NCBI GenBank assembly: GCA_038087875.1
Contig: CM075988.1
Coordinates: 15,626,001-15,690,000 of the forward strand
Length of the DNA stretch: 64,000 nt
Source: Malacoraja senta
Lineage: Eukaryota
Direction: 5' to 3'
Positions 1 through 10,053 of this stretch are shown in pieces. Under the pieces are notes generated by a model. It did no database searches, was not told the DNA's origin, and saw only the letters and a program-made list of their open reading frames with translations. The position numbers were made by a program, and so were the translations under genes. How positions within the stretch are numbered: position 1 is the first letter of the stretch; each line of letters opens with the position of its first letter.

Positions 1-399
1 CATCTCAAAATCAATTCCCTTTTCTTGATTAATCCATGTTTCAGATATTGCGATGACATTGAATGGTTGTGAAAATTTTTGTAAATACTCTTTAATACTA
101 TTGAAATTCGTATAGAGGCTCCTGCTATTAAAGTGGATAATAGATAATTTGCCTTTTGTATTAATATTCTGATTATACTGCTCCTCTGTGTAGTAGCAGC
201 AGATATTTTTGTCGTTAGAATTAAAGTAAAAATTATTGTCCGGGTCTATATCGTATTCCAAATCCTGTAAATTGTGATCGGTATATTCGAATGGTTGTAA
301 CTTCGGTTGTTCCTTTTCGCTTATTATTTTAGTTACTTGACTTCCATTTCCAGATGTTAATGGCTGAATTCCTTCAGTGTTTTCCCGTTTTATGATCAT
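1..399 (-). CDS. LINE ORF2 N-terminus (APE-type endonuclease), L2/Crack-like, running off the left edge of the window
   Basis: Open frame from ATG at 399 to the window edge: MIIKRENTEG...LEYDIDPDNNFYF...LSIIHFNSRSLYTNFNSIKEYLQKFSQPFNVIAISETWIN. The HFNSRSL and IAISETW motifs are typical of APE endonucleases. The start overlaps the ORF1 stop as ATGA (399-396). Confidence 0.85.
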   Translation of the reverse strand, partial: MIIKRENTEGIQPLTSGNGSQVTKIISEKEQPKLQPFEYTDHNLQDLEYDIDPDNNFYFNSNDKNICCYYTEEQYNQNINTKGKLSIIHFNSRSLYTNFNSIKEYLQKFSQPFNVIAISETWINQEKGIDFEM

Positions 400-1025
400 T
401 GGTATTTGTCCAGGTCTGCAATATCTCTGATGACCAGCACTTTGGCTTCCTCTGGTGTTCCATTTAATTTAATAAAGATTTTACAGTTTGCAGTCCAGGT
501 ATTTAATATTTTTTTTTGTTTCTTAAGGTATCGTGCTTGTCGGGCTATATCGGCATTTCGTTTTGTTAGGTGCTCATTCATGTATACTTTTGTTCCCTTC
601 AGCTTTCTTCCTTGTTTTAGGAGACTGACTTTATATTTCCTGCTTACAAACCTTATTATGATGGCAGGTTTGTCATCACTATTTTTAACATCTTTCGATT
701 TTTTCCTGGGCAGTGGGTGACAAGCCTCGATGTTATCGCAGTCTACTTGTATACCTTTCGACTGCAGGAAGGCCGCCACCTGTTGCTCCGTGGAGCTTGT
801 GTCCATTTCCCCGGGCTCCCCCCCGTTTTCGTCAGTCACCGCCCGTGCGTATGACCGGGGCTTTATACTGAGCCCGGTAATGATGATGTTGTTCTCTCTG
901 GTGTACTGCTCCAGATCTGCAACTCTGCCCTCCAGGAACACCAGTCGCCGGTCCTTTTCGGCGCTCTGGATCCGAAGATCCCTTACCTCCGCCACGAGGT
1001 CGAGGATGGCTTTCTGCTGTTTTTT
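396..1025 (-). mobile_element. 5'-truncated LINE ORF1 (coiled-coil plus RRM-like, Transposase_22/L1TD1-like), inserted just upstream of the apoA-IV copy 1 promoter
   Basis: Translation contains DLEQYTRENNIIITGL, IEACHPLP, PAIIIRF, VYMNEHLT and TWTANCKIF. The sequence left of 1026 is absent from the equivalent position in repeat copies 2 and 3. Confidence 0.85.
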
Positions 1026-1138
1026 GACTGAGTTGAGACTTGAATGGATTTTGCCCTCTCGTGATTGAGTTGGAGTCATATTTAAGGCAGCAGTTCAGAG
1101 TGACAGTGTTGTTGGAAGCTCCACGTTCTCGTGGCATT

Positions 1139-1265
1139 CAGGGAAAGTCCATGAGTCGAACACAAGTGTGCCAGTTTGTTATCAGCCATTGATAAGGTGC
1201 CCTTATATAGAGTGAGCGCGAGTTGGCTGACACACAGAGCTTCAGGAGGAGCATATCTGAGACAG
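1139..1265 (+). promoter_or_regulatory. apoA-IV copy 1 proximal promoter and non-coding exon 1 (repeated at +8148 and +16296)
   Basis: HNF4-like CAGGGAAAGTCCA at 1139-1151, paired GATA sites TTATCA 1179-1184 and TGATAA 1190-1195, TATATAGA 1204-1211, donor ACAG|GTAAGA at 1265/1266, acceptor TTTTTATGTAG| at 1864/1865. Confidence 0.7.
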
Positions 1266-1905
1266 GTAAGAGGAGCCCTGAGGCTCACATTGCTCCAACC
1301 CAGGCAGCCTGCTTGCTTATCCTTCCAGCGACTATCTCTGTGGACCGCTGAGTGTTGAGGCAACTGGTCAAGGCAAAGCCGTGGGATTAAGAGTATGGTT
1401 TTCTATTTTCAGTAATGTTACAGGCTATAATTGCAGCTTGGCAGGCTGCATTCAGCGAAGATATTTTCCCAGGCTGAAATCTTTAGGATCGGTGGTAGAG
1501 TTTCAGAATGAGGGATGGGCCATTTAGGACTGAGATAAGAAAGGATTTTGTCACTTAAAGGTTGGTAAGTCTTTGGAATTCTTTACCTTGGAGAACTGTG
1601 GAAGCTCAGTCACTGAGTTCATTCAAAATAGGGATGGATAGATTTCTGGATGTTCAAAGTTTCGGGCGATATGAGGATAGTAAAATGATGCCTAGAAGGT
1701 GAGCCTTAATCTTAATGGCAGGGCATGCTCCAAGGGCTGGGCGGTCCACTCCTGCTCTGTTTTCTTGTGTTCTTTTTAATGGAGTTCGGAAGGAGACAAT
1801 TATGCACACCGTATTTTCAATGAGAATTTAAACCCTGGACTAACTGATCTTTATTTTTATGTAGGTTTTCTGCAAAGGGAGAGCAAACAGTTGGAGAACT
1901 CCGCT

Positions 1906-4900
1906 ATGTTTCCCAAGGCAATCCTCCTGCTTCTTGCCGCAGTCTTGGTCCAAGGTATCAGCTTCAAATATTCCTCATTCCCTCTTTTCTTGCACTTAGA
2001 CTGTGATTGGGATTTTGTTATCTTCAAGCATTCTTTCTTGAAGAAGTTCAGATCAGAATTCTTTCTTCAAGAATTAAGTTCAGATCAGACTTTTGGAGCC
2101 CCATGCATTGTCCTTTCTTCCACACATTAGTGTGCTGGGTGAAGCTTGCTTCCTCTCCATTATGATTTTGTGTTAAGCCCAGTTTCCATATATTTAAAGA
2201 CAAGGGATTTTACCCTTGAATCACGCAGCAGTATTTCCAGTAAAGAACACTGGTTCTCACCAGGGTCTGGTGAAGTCTTGTAGCCCATCTGTCGTGTAAT
2301 TTTAGTTTAGGTTAGTTTAGTGACGGGAACAGGGCCTTCGGCCCACTGAGTCCGCGCCGACCAGCAATCCCCGCACACTAACACTATCCTATACAAAGTA
2401 GGGACAATTTACAATTATACCAAGCCAGTTAAACTACAAACATGTATATCTTTGGCATGTGGGAGAAAACCTGAGCACCTGAAGAAAGCCCATGCAGGTC
2501 ATGGGGAGAACATACAAACTCCATGCAGACAGCACCCGTAGTCAGGATCGAATCCGGGCCTCTGGAGTTATAAGGCAACAGCTCTACCAGTACCCCACCG
2601 TGCCGCACATATGAGGAGTGGATGCAGGAAAAGTTCCTCTCGTGTTCCCGTTCTGATTATCTCATTCTTTCTTCCTCACAGACTGTCGGGCTGAGTACAA
2701 TAGAGATCAGGTTCGTGAAGTCTTCTGGAATTACATCAACCAATTGGCCGAGGAAGCCAGGGATAGTGTAGAACTGATTCAAAGCTCAGAAGTCAGCCAG
2801 CAACTCAAGTGAGTATTGGGGATTTGTTAGGGGCAATTGGAAAAGTTCAACCTCTTTACCCCAGGAAGAATTAAAGAGCCAGGAAAAAATTGTAAACAGT
2901 AACTTTGTAACATTGTGAGAAGTTCTTTCTATTTTCCAGATTATGAACCTCACCAACATTATTGTCCATCCCTAATTGTTGATAGGCTAATTTAAGAAGT
3001 CAGTGAGATCTCAACTATGGACCAACAAGGACTTTAGTGAAGCAGCTGGGTCTTTATGACAATCCACTCACCAGTAACAACACTTATATTTTTAATTCCA
3101 AATTTATTTAACCACTAAAATTTAAATGCTTTTCAGTGCAAAATGAATTCAGAAGCTCAGTCTTCATGGATTTGTTAGACCAGCAGCCTAACAACTGTGC
3201 CATATTATTAAGCAATGTTAATGAAGGGGTTTGTTAATGAACAGGAATGAGATAAAAGAATAAAAGAAGGGGCGTATCCCATTGGGGATGGTCGAACAGA
3301 TAAGAAGGGACTTGTCCCAAAACCTCACCCATTCCTTCTATCCAGAGACGCTGCCTGTCCCGCTGAGTTACATTCAGCATTTTGTGTCTATCTCAGGTAA
3401 ACAAAACCTGCTTCTACAAAAGAACTGATCAATCTCTATCTCTGTGGGTGGAAAGTGCAGGTACAAATAGGGGAATGAAATGAATAGGTTCAGCTGGAAA
3501 TATTAATACAGATACAGTTATAGGAATGGCATTTGTGAATGCAGGCACTGGCGCAGGTTAATTCATTTACTTTGAATTGCTAGTTTAGTTTCTAAACCCT
3601 AAGAGTATATAACCTTTGCAGTGTTAATCATCCCCTCAGTAATCTCTCTAAAACGTTATTACCTTACTACTTGTAGAGTTTTACCAATCAATGTGAATGC
3701 CTTTCCACAATCAGATAACATAAAGCACAGAAGACCATTCAACTCATTGTGCTTCACTACACCCTTTATTTTCCTCTCAAATTGTACCAATTACGAAAGG
3801 ACAGAATAAATGAAAGACTTTGGGAGAATCCTAACCTCTCTTCCCAATAAACATGCTGAGTTAACCTGAAAAGATTTCCTGATCCAAATGTCCTTTCGTT
3901 CCCTGAGCTCTGCTTCCCTCTGTAAAACATCTGTTTCAGTCACAGACTTACGCTGAGCTCTGTCTTAATGTATCTCTTCTCTGTAACAAGTTTAACAAAC
4001 AATTGTCTCTCTTTTGCAGTCATCTTATCGAGGAGAATCTGCAGAACGTCAATAACTATGCTGAGGATCTCCGACAGAAGTTGACTCCTTTAACAGATGG
4101 TCTTCGTGAGAAGATGACAGTAGACATTGACAGCCTTCACCAGCAGATAAAAGAACAGCTGGAAGACCTGAAAGACAAACTTTCTCCCTTTGCTGATGGA
4201 GTCCATCAAAAGATTAGCAATAACATTGAAGAATTTCATCAGAGGTTGGCACCTTACACTGAAGAACTTAGCCAACAGCTGAAGAAGAATGCGGAGGAAC
4301 TTAGGCAGAGGTTGACTCCCTTCACTGAAGAGCTTCAGGCCAAACTGGAAGTGAGCGCAGAGAACCTGAGGGAAGTCCTGACTCCCTACGCTGAAGAGCT
4401 CCAGATGAAGATCGATGCAAATATGGACAACATCAAGCAGAATGTGGCTGCCAAAGCTGAAGAATTTCGCTCCAGGTTTGATGAGAATGTCCAGGAGCTG
4501 CGCAGTAGCTTGGCTCCCTACACCGAAGATGTCCAACTGAAGATGAACCAACAGATTGCAGAAATGACCCGGAGGGTGGTGCCTTATGCCGAGATGCTCC
4601 AGACAAAGGTCAACGAGCACGTGGAAGATCTGAACCAAAAGCTGAACCCTTACATCGCCGAACTGAAAGTAAAACTTAACGAGACCGTGGGAAGCATGGA
4701 CCAGAACCTGGCCCCATACATCGAAAATCTCAACACCAACATCAACCAGAGAATCGAGGAGTTCCATCAGAATGTGGCCCCCTACACTGAGCAGCTGAAC
4801 AAGATCATCAGTCAGAATGTGAGGGAGATGCAAGAGGGACTTGCCCTGAATGGAGGCAACGTTCTGCAGGATCTTCAGAACAAGCTCACAACTGTATTTG

Positions 4901-4929
4901 ACGACTTCTGGCAGAATCTGAAGACCTAA
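1906..4929 (+). CDS. apoa4: Apolipoprotein A-IV-like, copy 1; coding exons 1906-1954, 2682-2808, 4020-4929; 361 aa
   Basis: Signal peptide MFPKAILLLLAAVLVQ (49 nt, phase 1), a 127-nt exon DCRAEYNRDQVREVFWNYINQLAEEARDSVELIQSSEVSQQL (phase 2), and a large last exon of proline-punctuated 22-mer amphipathic repeats closely resembling apoA-IV. GT-AG at all junctions; AATAAA at 5104-5109. Confidence 0.93.
2301..2606 (-). mobile_element. tRNA-derived V-SINE (HE1-like) in apoA-IV intron 2; paralogous copies at ~10449-10754 and ~18597-18902
   Basis: Minus strand begins GCGGCACGGTGG..GGTAGAGCTGTTGCC..GGATTCGATCC (A and B boxes), followed by a V-domain-like core and a (CTAAA)n tail. Confidence 0.85.
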
Positions 4930-5653
4930 TTGAGAAGTAGAAAGTGACTCACTCAATCCATGTGTCAGGACAATGGGTCTTCTTGGAGCACTGAAAACAA
5001 GATGCATAAATATAACTAGGCTCAATCTATTTATTTTTTTGCTGAGAGGAATATATTAAAATCATTGATTACAATTCCAGAGTGTGAAATGTAAAATACC
5101 TGCAATAAAACTTTGAATCATCTTTCAGCTAATAATGTTCCATGATTTATTTCATATTCAGATTAGCTTATTGTAATACACAATGGGGTGCGACGAAAGT
5201 TCTTGTTTACATGAAGCCCACAAAGCAAACAGGATACCTACAGTAAAGATTCATACAGCATTAAATACCACCAGTGCAAAACATTAGAAAGGTGAAAGAA
5301 TGTAGTGCAAAATCAGAATAGCACAAAATAATATTAAAATATAAGAAGGGAATGGGGTGTGAAGAGGAGGGTTTTTTCAGGGGGACGTGCAGCAGTGGGA
5401 AAGAAGCTGGTGTTAATCTGGGATTTCTGAACTATCCAGTTCCTTTGAAAGGAATGTCCAGGGTGACAAGTGTCCTTGATGATACTTGCAGCCTTCCCGA
5501 TGCAAAGCACAGGGAGATTGACTGGATGGAGGGAAGTTGTGTGACTGTGATGGACCAGGCTGTGATGGACCAGGCTGTAACTAGGCTGTGTTCAACCACT
5601 CTCTGCGGGGTCAGGTGGGCAAGAACAGAACAGTTGTCATATTCGGCTGAATC

Positions 5654-5841
5654 TTAGAAACATAGAAACATAGAAAATAGGTGCAGGAGGAGGCCATTCG
5701 GCCCTTCGAGCCAGCACCGCCATTCATTGTGATCATGGCTGATCGTCCCCAATCAATAACCCGTACCTGCCTTCTCCCCATATCCCTTGATTCCACTAGC
5801 TCCTAGAGCTCTATCTAACTCCCGCTTAAATCCACCCAGTG
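5654..5841 (-). mobile_element. CR1/HER1-like LINE 3' end with (TTTCTATG)n tail, nested in the Rex1 fragment and present in all three units
   Basis: Reverse complement matches the 3' end of the CR1 at ~43900-44070 (GGCTCGAAGGGCCGAATGGCCT..CCTGCACCTATTTTCTATG). Confidence 0.85.
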
Positions 5842-6243
5842 ATGGACCGGGCTGTCAGACTACTTTCTATAGCACATCTGCAGAAGTTAGAGGTAATCTT
5901 TGTGGATATTACAAATCCTCTCTGATGCCTAGGAATGTAAATACACTGAAACGCTTTATTGATTACCTCATCGGTGTGAAGGGACCTGGCTAGGTTGCGT
6001 GTGATATGGATACCTAGAAAAATGAAGCTGTTGAATATTTCTGCAGCAACTCAATTACAGAGGTCATGGTTATGTTCACCATTCGCTTCCTTGGGTCTAC
6101 AACCAACTCTTTCATCTTGCTAACGTTAAGGGCCAGGTTATTGTCCTGACATGATAACATTAGGGTCTTGATCTTTTTGCTATACTTTGTCTCACTGTTA
6201 TTGTAAGTCCAGCCAACAACAGTGATATTGGTGTTGTAGGTAG

Positions 6244-6460
6244 GCACAAAAAGCTGGAGTTACTCAGTGGGTCAGGCAGCATTGCAGGAGAAATGTGACA
6301 TTTTGGGTTGGGACCTTTTTTTAGAGGTCTGAAGAAGGGTCCCAACCCTAAATGTCACCAATTCCTTTTCTCCTGTGATGCTGCCTGACCCGTTGAGTTC
6401 CTCCAGTTTTTTGTGTCTATCTTCGGTTTAAACCAGCATCTACAGTTCTTCCCTACACAT
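6244..6460. mobile_element. Penelope-derived inverted-repeat fragment with a degenerate hammerhead core (also ~14391-14607 and ~22524-22740)
   Basis: Two arms of the GCTGGAGTxACTCAGxGGGTCAGGCAGCAT repeat in opposite orientation, with central CTGAAGA-AGGGTCCCAACCC-TAAATGTC. Confidence 0.65.
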
Positions 6461-7869
6461 ATCGTTGTTGCACTTGACTACACAATCATGGGTGTACAAG
6501 ATACAAGATACAAGGTACATTTATTTGTCACATGTGCCAGTTGGCACAGTGAAATGTGTGGTCACCATACAGCCATACAATATAAATAAAGAACACAACA
6601 CACAAGGAGTAGAGCATGGCATTTAGCCCACAACCCTGAGGGCTCCAGTGTTGAGGGCCAGGGTGGAGGATATGTTATGCGATCAATTCTCATTGACTGA
6701 GGTCCACTGGTCAAGAAGTCTAGAAGCCAGTTGCAGATGGAGGCCCCAAGGCCAAGGTCTAGAGGTTTAAGGATGAGCTTATTCCGTCTTTTATGCCTTT
6801 TTCATAGCAATAATAATCCAATGCACTATATTAAATGTGACATCTAGTGTAGTAAAAACCTTGGTTGAATGTGCTCATGTGTAAGTCTACAAATGCTAAA
6901 TCTCAGAGGATCCCACAGTTACAGAGATGTGCAGATTCTTCCATTCAATGATCTAGTCCTCAATTGCATCTCTTGGCTTTGGCTCCAGGTACCAGATTTA
7001 CAGCTTTAGACAATTATTGTGGGCACTGGATTAAAATAGTAATCTAATATTTGACGGCTTCAGTGAGAAGGATGTGAAATACCCTATGACGTATCATCTC
7101 TTGGATTTAGAATCCAAGTACCAGCTTTATAGCTTTAGACAATTATTTGGGGCACTGTATTAAAGTGGACACCTAATATTTGACTGCCTCAGTGAGAATG
7201 TCAAATACCCTATGAGATATCAAAAGACTAAGTATCAATGTAGAGGTGTTCAAATCTATTTCTGCTAAAAGAATAGTTCTCCTGGAGAGTAAATGTACTT
7301 ATTCTGCTTGCTGTCCCCTCCTCCCAATACTTTATTATATTGTTAACTGAGAAAAGCTATCACCATCTGCTTCAAATATGTATTAAACACTTCCTGTGCA
7401 TTATCACAGTTTAATATTTTAATATATACAGCCTGCCATTCTCCTCTAGCACCTTTTGTAGTAACGATTCCCCGCTCACTTACTCTGTACTCAGTGCAAT
7501 AGTTTTCCGATTTCCCAAACTCATTCAGTCGCACTTGCTGTAGCCTTGCCTTTACCCCAAATATGTGTGAGCCACCTGACATTGTACTAGCAGCCAGTGG
7601 CACAATTAGCAGAGCTACTGCCTTACCTGTAGCGGCAGGGGCCACATGCGTATGTGTAATGTTTGCACGTTCTCCCTGTAACCGCATGAGATACCTCCAG
7701 GTGCTCCAATTTCCTCCCTATCCCCAAAAGATGCAGGTTGGTAGGTTATTTGTCTACTGCAAGTTACCTCTTGTGTGTAGGTGAGTGGTAGAAACTGGGG
7801 AAGGTTGATGAGAAAATGGGTGAATTAAAAACATGAGATTAGGTAGGATTAGCGTACATTGATGAGCTT

Positions 7870-8189
7870 TTTAGTTTACTTTAGAGATACAGCGTGGAGT
7901 CAGCCCCGACGACCCACTGAGTCCACACCGACCAGCGATCCCCGCACATTAACACTACCCTACACACACTGGGGACAATTTTACATTTATACATTTATAC
8001 CAAGCCATTTAAACTATAAACCTGTATGTCTTTGGAATGTAGGTGGAAACCAAAAGGTCTCGGAGAAAACCCACACAGGTCACGGGGAGGTCGTACAAAC
8101 TCCGTATGGGCAAGCACCCGGTGTCATGATCGAACCCGGGTTTCTGGCATTGTAAGGCAGTAGCTCTACCGCTACGCCACCGTGCTGCC
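7870..8189 (-). mobile_element. V-SINE (HE1-like); paralogous copy ~16017-16336
   Basis: Same family as 2301-2606; the B-box GGGTTCGATC is on the minus strand. Confidence 0.85.
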
Positions 8190-10053
8190 ATCTGCAAGGA
8201 TTCAGAGGGCTAAAGGCTAGTTTCTGTGCTATCTGTCTCTGTGACTATGATAAAGAAGAGGCTTCCAGTGATGATTTACCCTTGCGCAGCTATTTCTACA
8301 TATGCTACAAATGCTATGCCAAAAACACTGTGTCCTTAAGAATAAGGAATTGGCTTATGTGAACATACTCCTCTGGATAGTTTTGATGGTCTTAGCAAAT
8401 TTTCGACAGCTCAAATGAGGTAAAATAGAATCCTTCCTCTTAGGAGGGGGATTGTTTGGCTCATCATGTGTAGGAAGGAACTGCAGATGCTGGTTTATGC
8501 AGAAGATAGACACAAAATGCTGGAGTAACTCAGTGGGTAAGACAGCATCTCTGGAGAAAACGAATAGTGACCTTTCGGGTCAGAACCCTTCTTCGGACTC
8601 ATCATGTTTGTTTAAAGGAATTAATTACTCCATCCATATACTTTCCCCAGGTCAATTTGTTTCCTCTCATCCAATTTACGTAGGGAATTAATGTCTACTT
8701 CCACCCTCTCTCAGGGTACATTCCAGATCATGGCTACTCATTGTGTAATGATCCCCACATCTCCCCTCTGCTTCCTTTGCCGACTACCTCAAATCCTCAG
8801 GGTGCTGTGTGGGAAGGAATTGCAGATGCCGGTTTAAACCGAAGATAAGCACAAAATGCTGGGGTAACTCAATGGGACAGGCAGCATCTCTGGAGAGAAG
8901 GAATGGGTGATGTTTCAGGTCGATTTACTCCAGCATTTTGTGTCTGCCATTGGGTACTGCCTTCTTGCCAATGGAAACGTTTCCATTAAAAACACTTCGT
9001 AGTAAGTCCATAGAACAATCAAAATCTTATAGATGTTAAAATTGAAGCTGTACAATCACTGTATTGTGTCATATGCCGTTGGTTATTTTTTTGTACATTT
9101 GATTCTAACAAATTTATTTAAAAATAAATAAAAAATAAATAAAAATTATAGATGCAATAAATCATGGCCTTTGGACTGAGTTGAGACTTGAATGGATTTT
9201 GCCCTCTCGTGATTGAGTTGGAGTCATATTTAAGGCAGCAGTTCAGAGTGACAGTGTTGTTGGAAGCTCCACGTTCTCGTGGCATTCAGGGAAAGTCCAT
9301 GAGTCGAACACAAGTGTGCCAGTTTGTTATCAGCCATTGATAAGGTGCCCTTATATAGAGTGAGCGCGAGTTGGCTGACACACAGAACTTCAGGAGGAGC
9401 ATATCTGAGACAGGTAAGAGGAGCCCTGAGGCTCACATTGCTCCAACCCAGGCAGCCTGCTTGCTTATCCTTCCAGCGACTATCTCTGTGGACCGCTGAG
9501 TGTTGAGGCAACTGGTCAAGGCAAAGCCGTGGGATTAAGAGTATGGTTTTCTATTTTCAGTAATGTTACAGGTTATAATTGCAGCTTGGCAGGCTGCATT
9601 CAGCGAAGATATTTTCCCAGGCTGAAATCTTTAGGATTGGTGGTAGAGTTTCAGAATGAGGGATGGGCCATTTAGGACTGAGATAAGAAAGGATTTTGTC
9701 ACTTAAAGGTTGGTAAGTCTTTGGAATTCTTTACCTTGGAGAACTGTGGAAGCTCAGTCACTGAGTTCATTCAAAATAGGGATGGATAGATTTCTGGATG
9801 TTCAAAGTTTCGGGCCATATGAGGATAGTAAAATGATGCCTAGAAGGTGAGCCTTAATCTTAATGGCAGGGCATGCTCCAAGGGCTGGGCGGTCCACTCC
9901 TGCTCTGTTTTCTTGTGTTCTTTTTAATGGAGTTCGGAAGGAGACAATTATGCACACCGTATTTTCAATGAGAATTTAAACCCTGGACTAACTGATCTTT
10001 ATTTTTATGTAGGTTTTCTGCAAAGGGAGAGCAAACAGTTGGAGAACTCCGCT

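Larger units (their letters stand above)
5157..6787 (-). mobile_element. Degenerate Rex1/Babar-like LINE RT fragment interrupted by younger inserts and cut by the duplication junction (copy 2 ~13304-14934; copy 3 ~21437-23760, uncut)
   Basis: Minus-strand translations [79 protein letters not shown] and IALALHSARDHLDNKN match Rex1-type RT motifs. The left boundary is approximate. Confidence 0.8.

Noticed and set aside
1955..2130. 79-aa ORF extension after the signal peptide
   Set aside because: Read-through into intron 2 past the GT donor at 1955.
2540..2606. tRNA genes at A/B-box motifs
   Set aside because: They are the tRNA-derived heads of V-SINEs and continue into SINE core and tail.
4003..4019. 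ORF-track start MSLFCS for apoA-IV
   Set aside because: This is the intron's pyrimidine tract and acceptor. The real start is the ATG at 1906, joined by splicing.
4090..5025. 311-aa antisense ORF over apoA-IV exon 4 (also 12237-13172 and 20370-21047)
   Set aside because: It is the mirror frame of a codon-biased helical-repeat exon, resembles no known protein, and is broken in copy 3.
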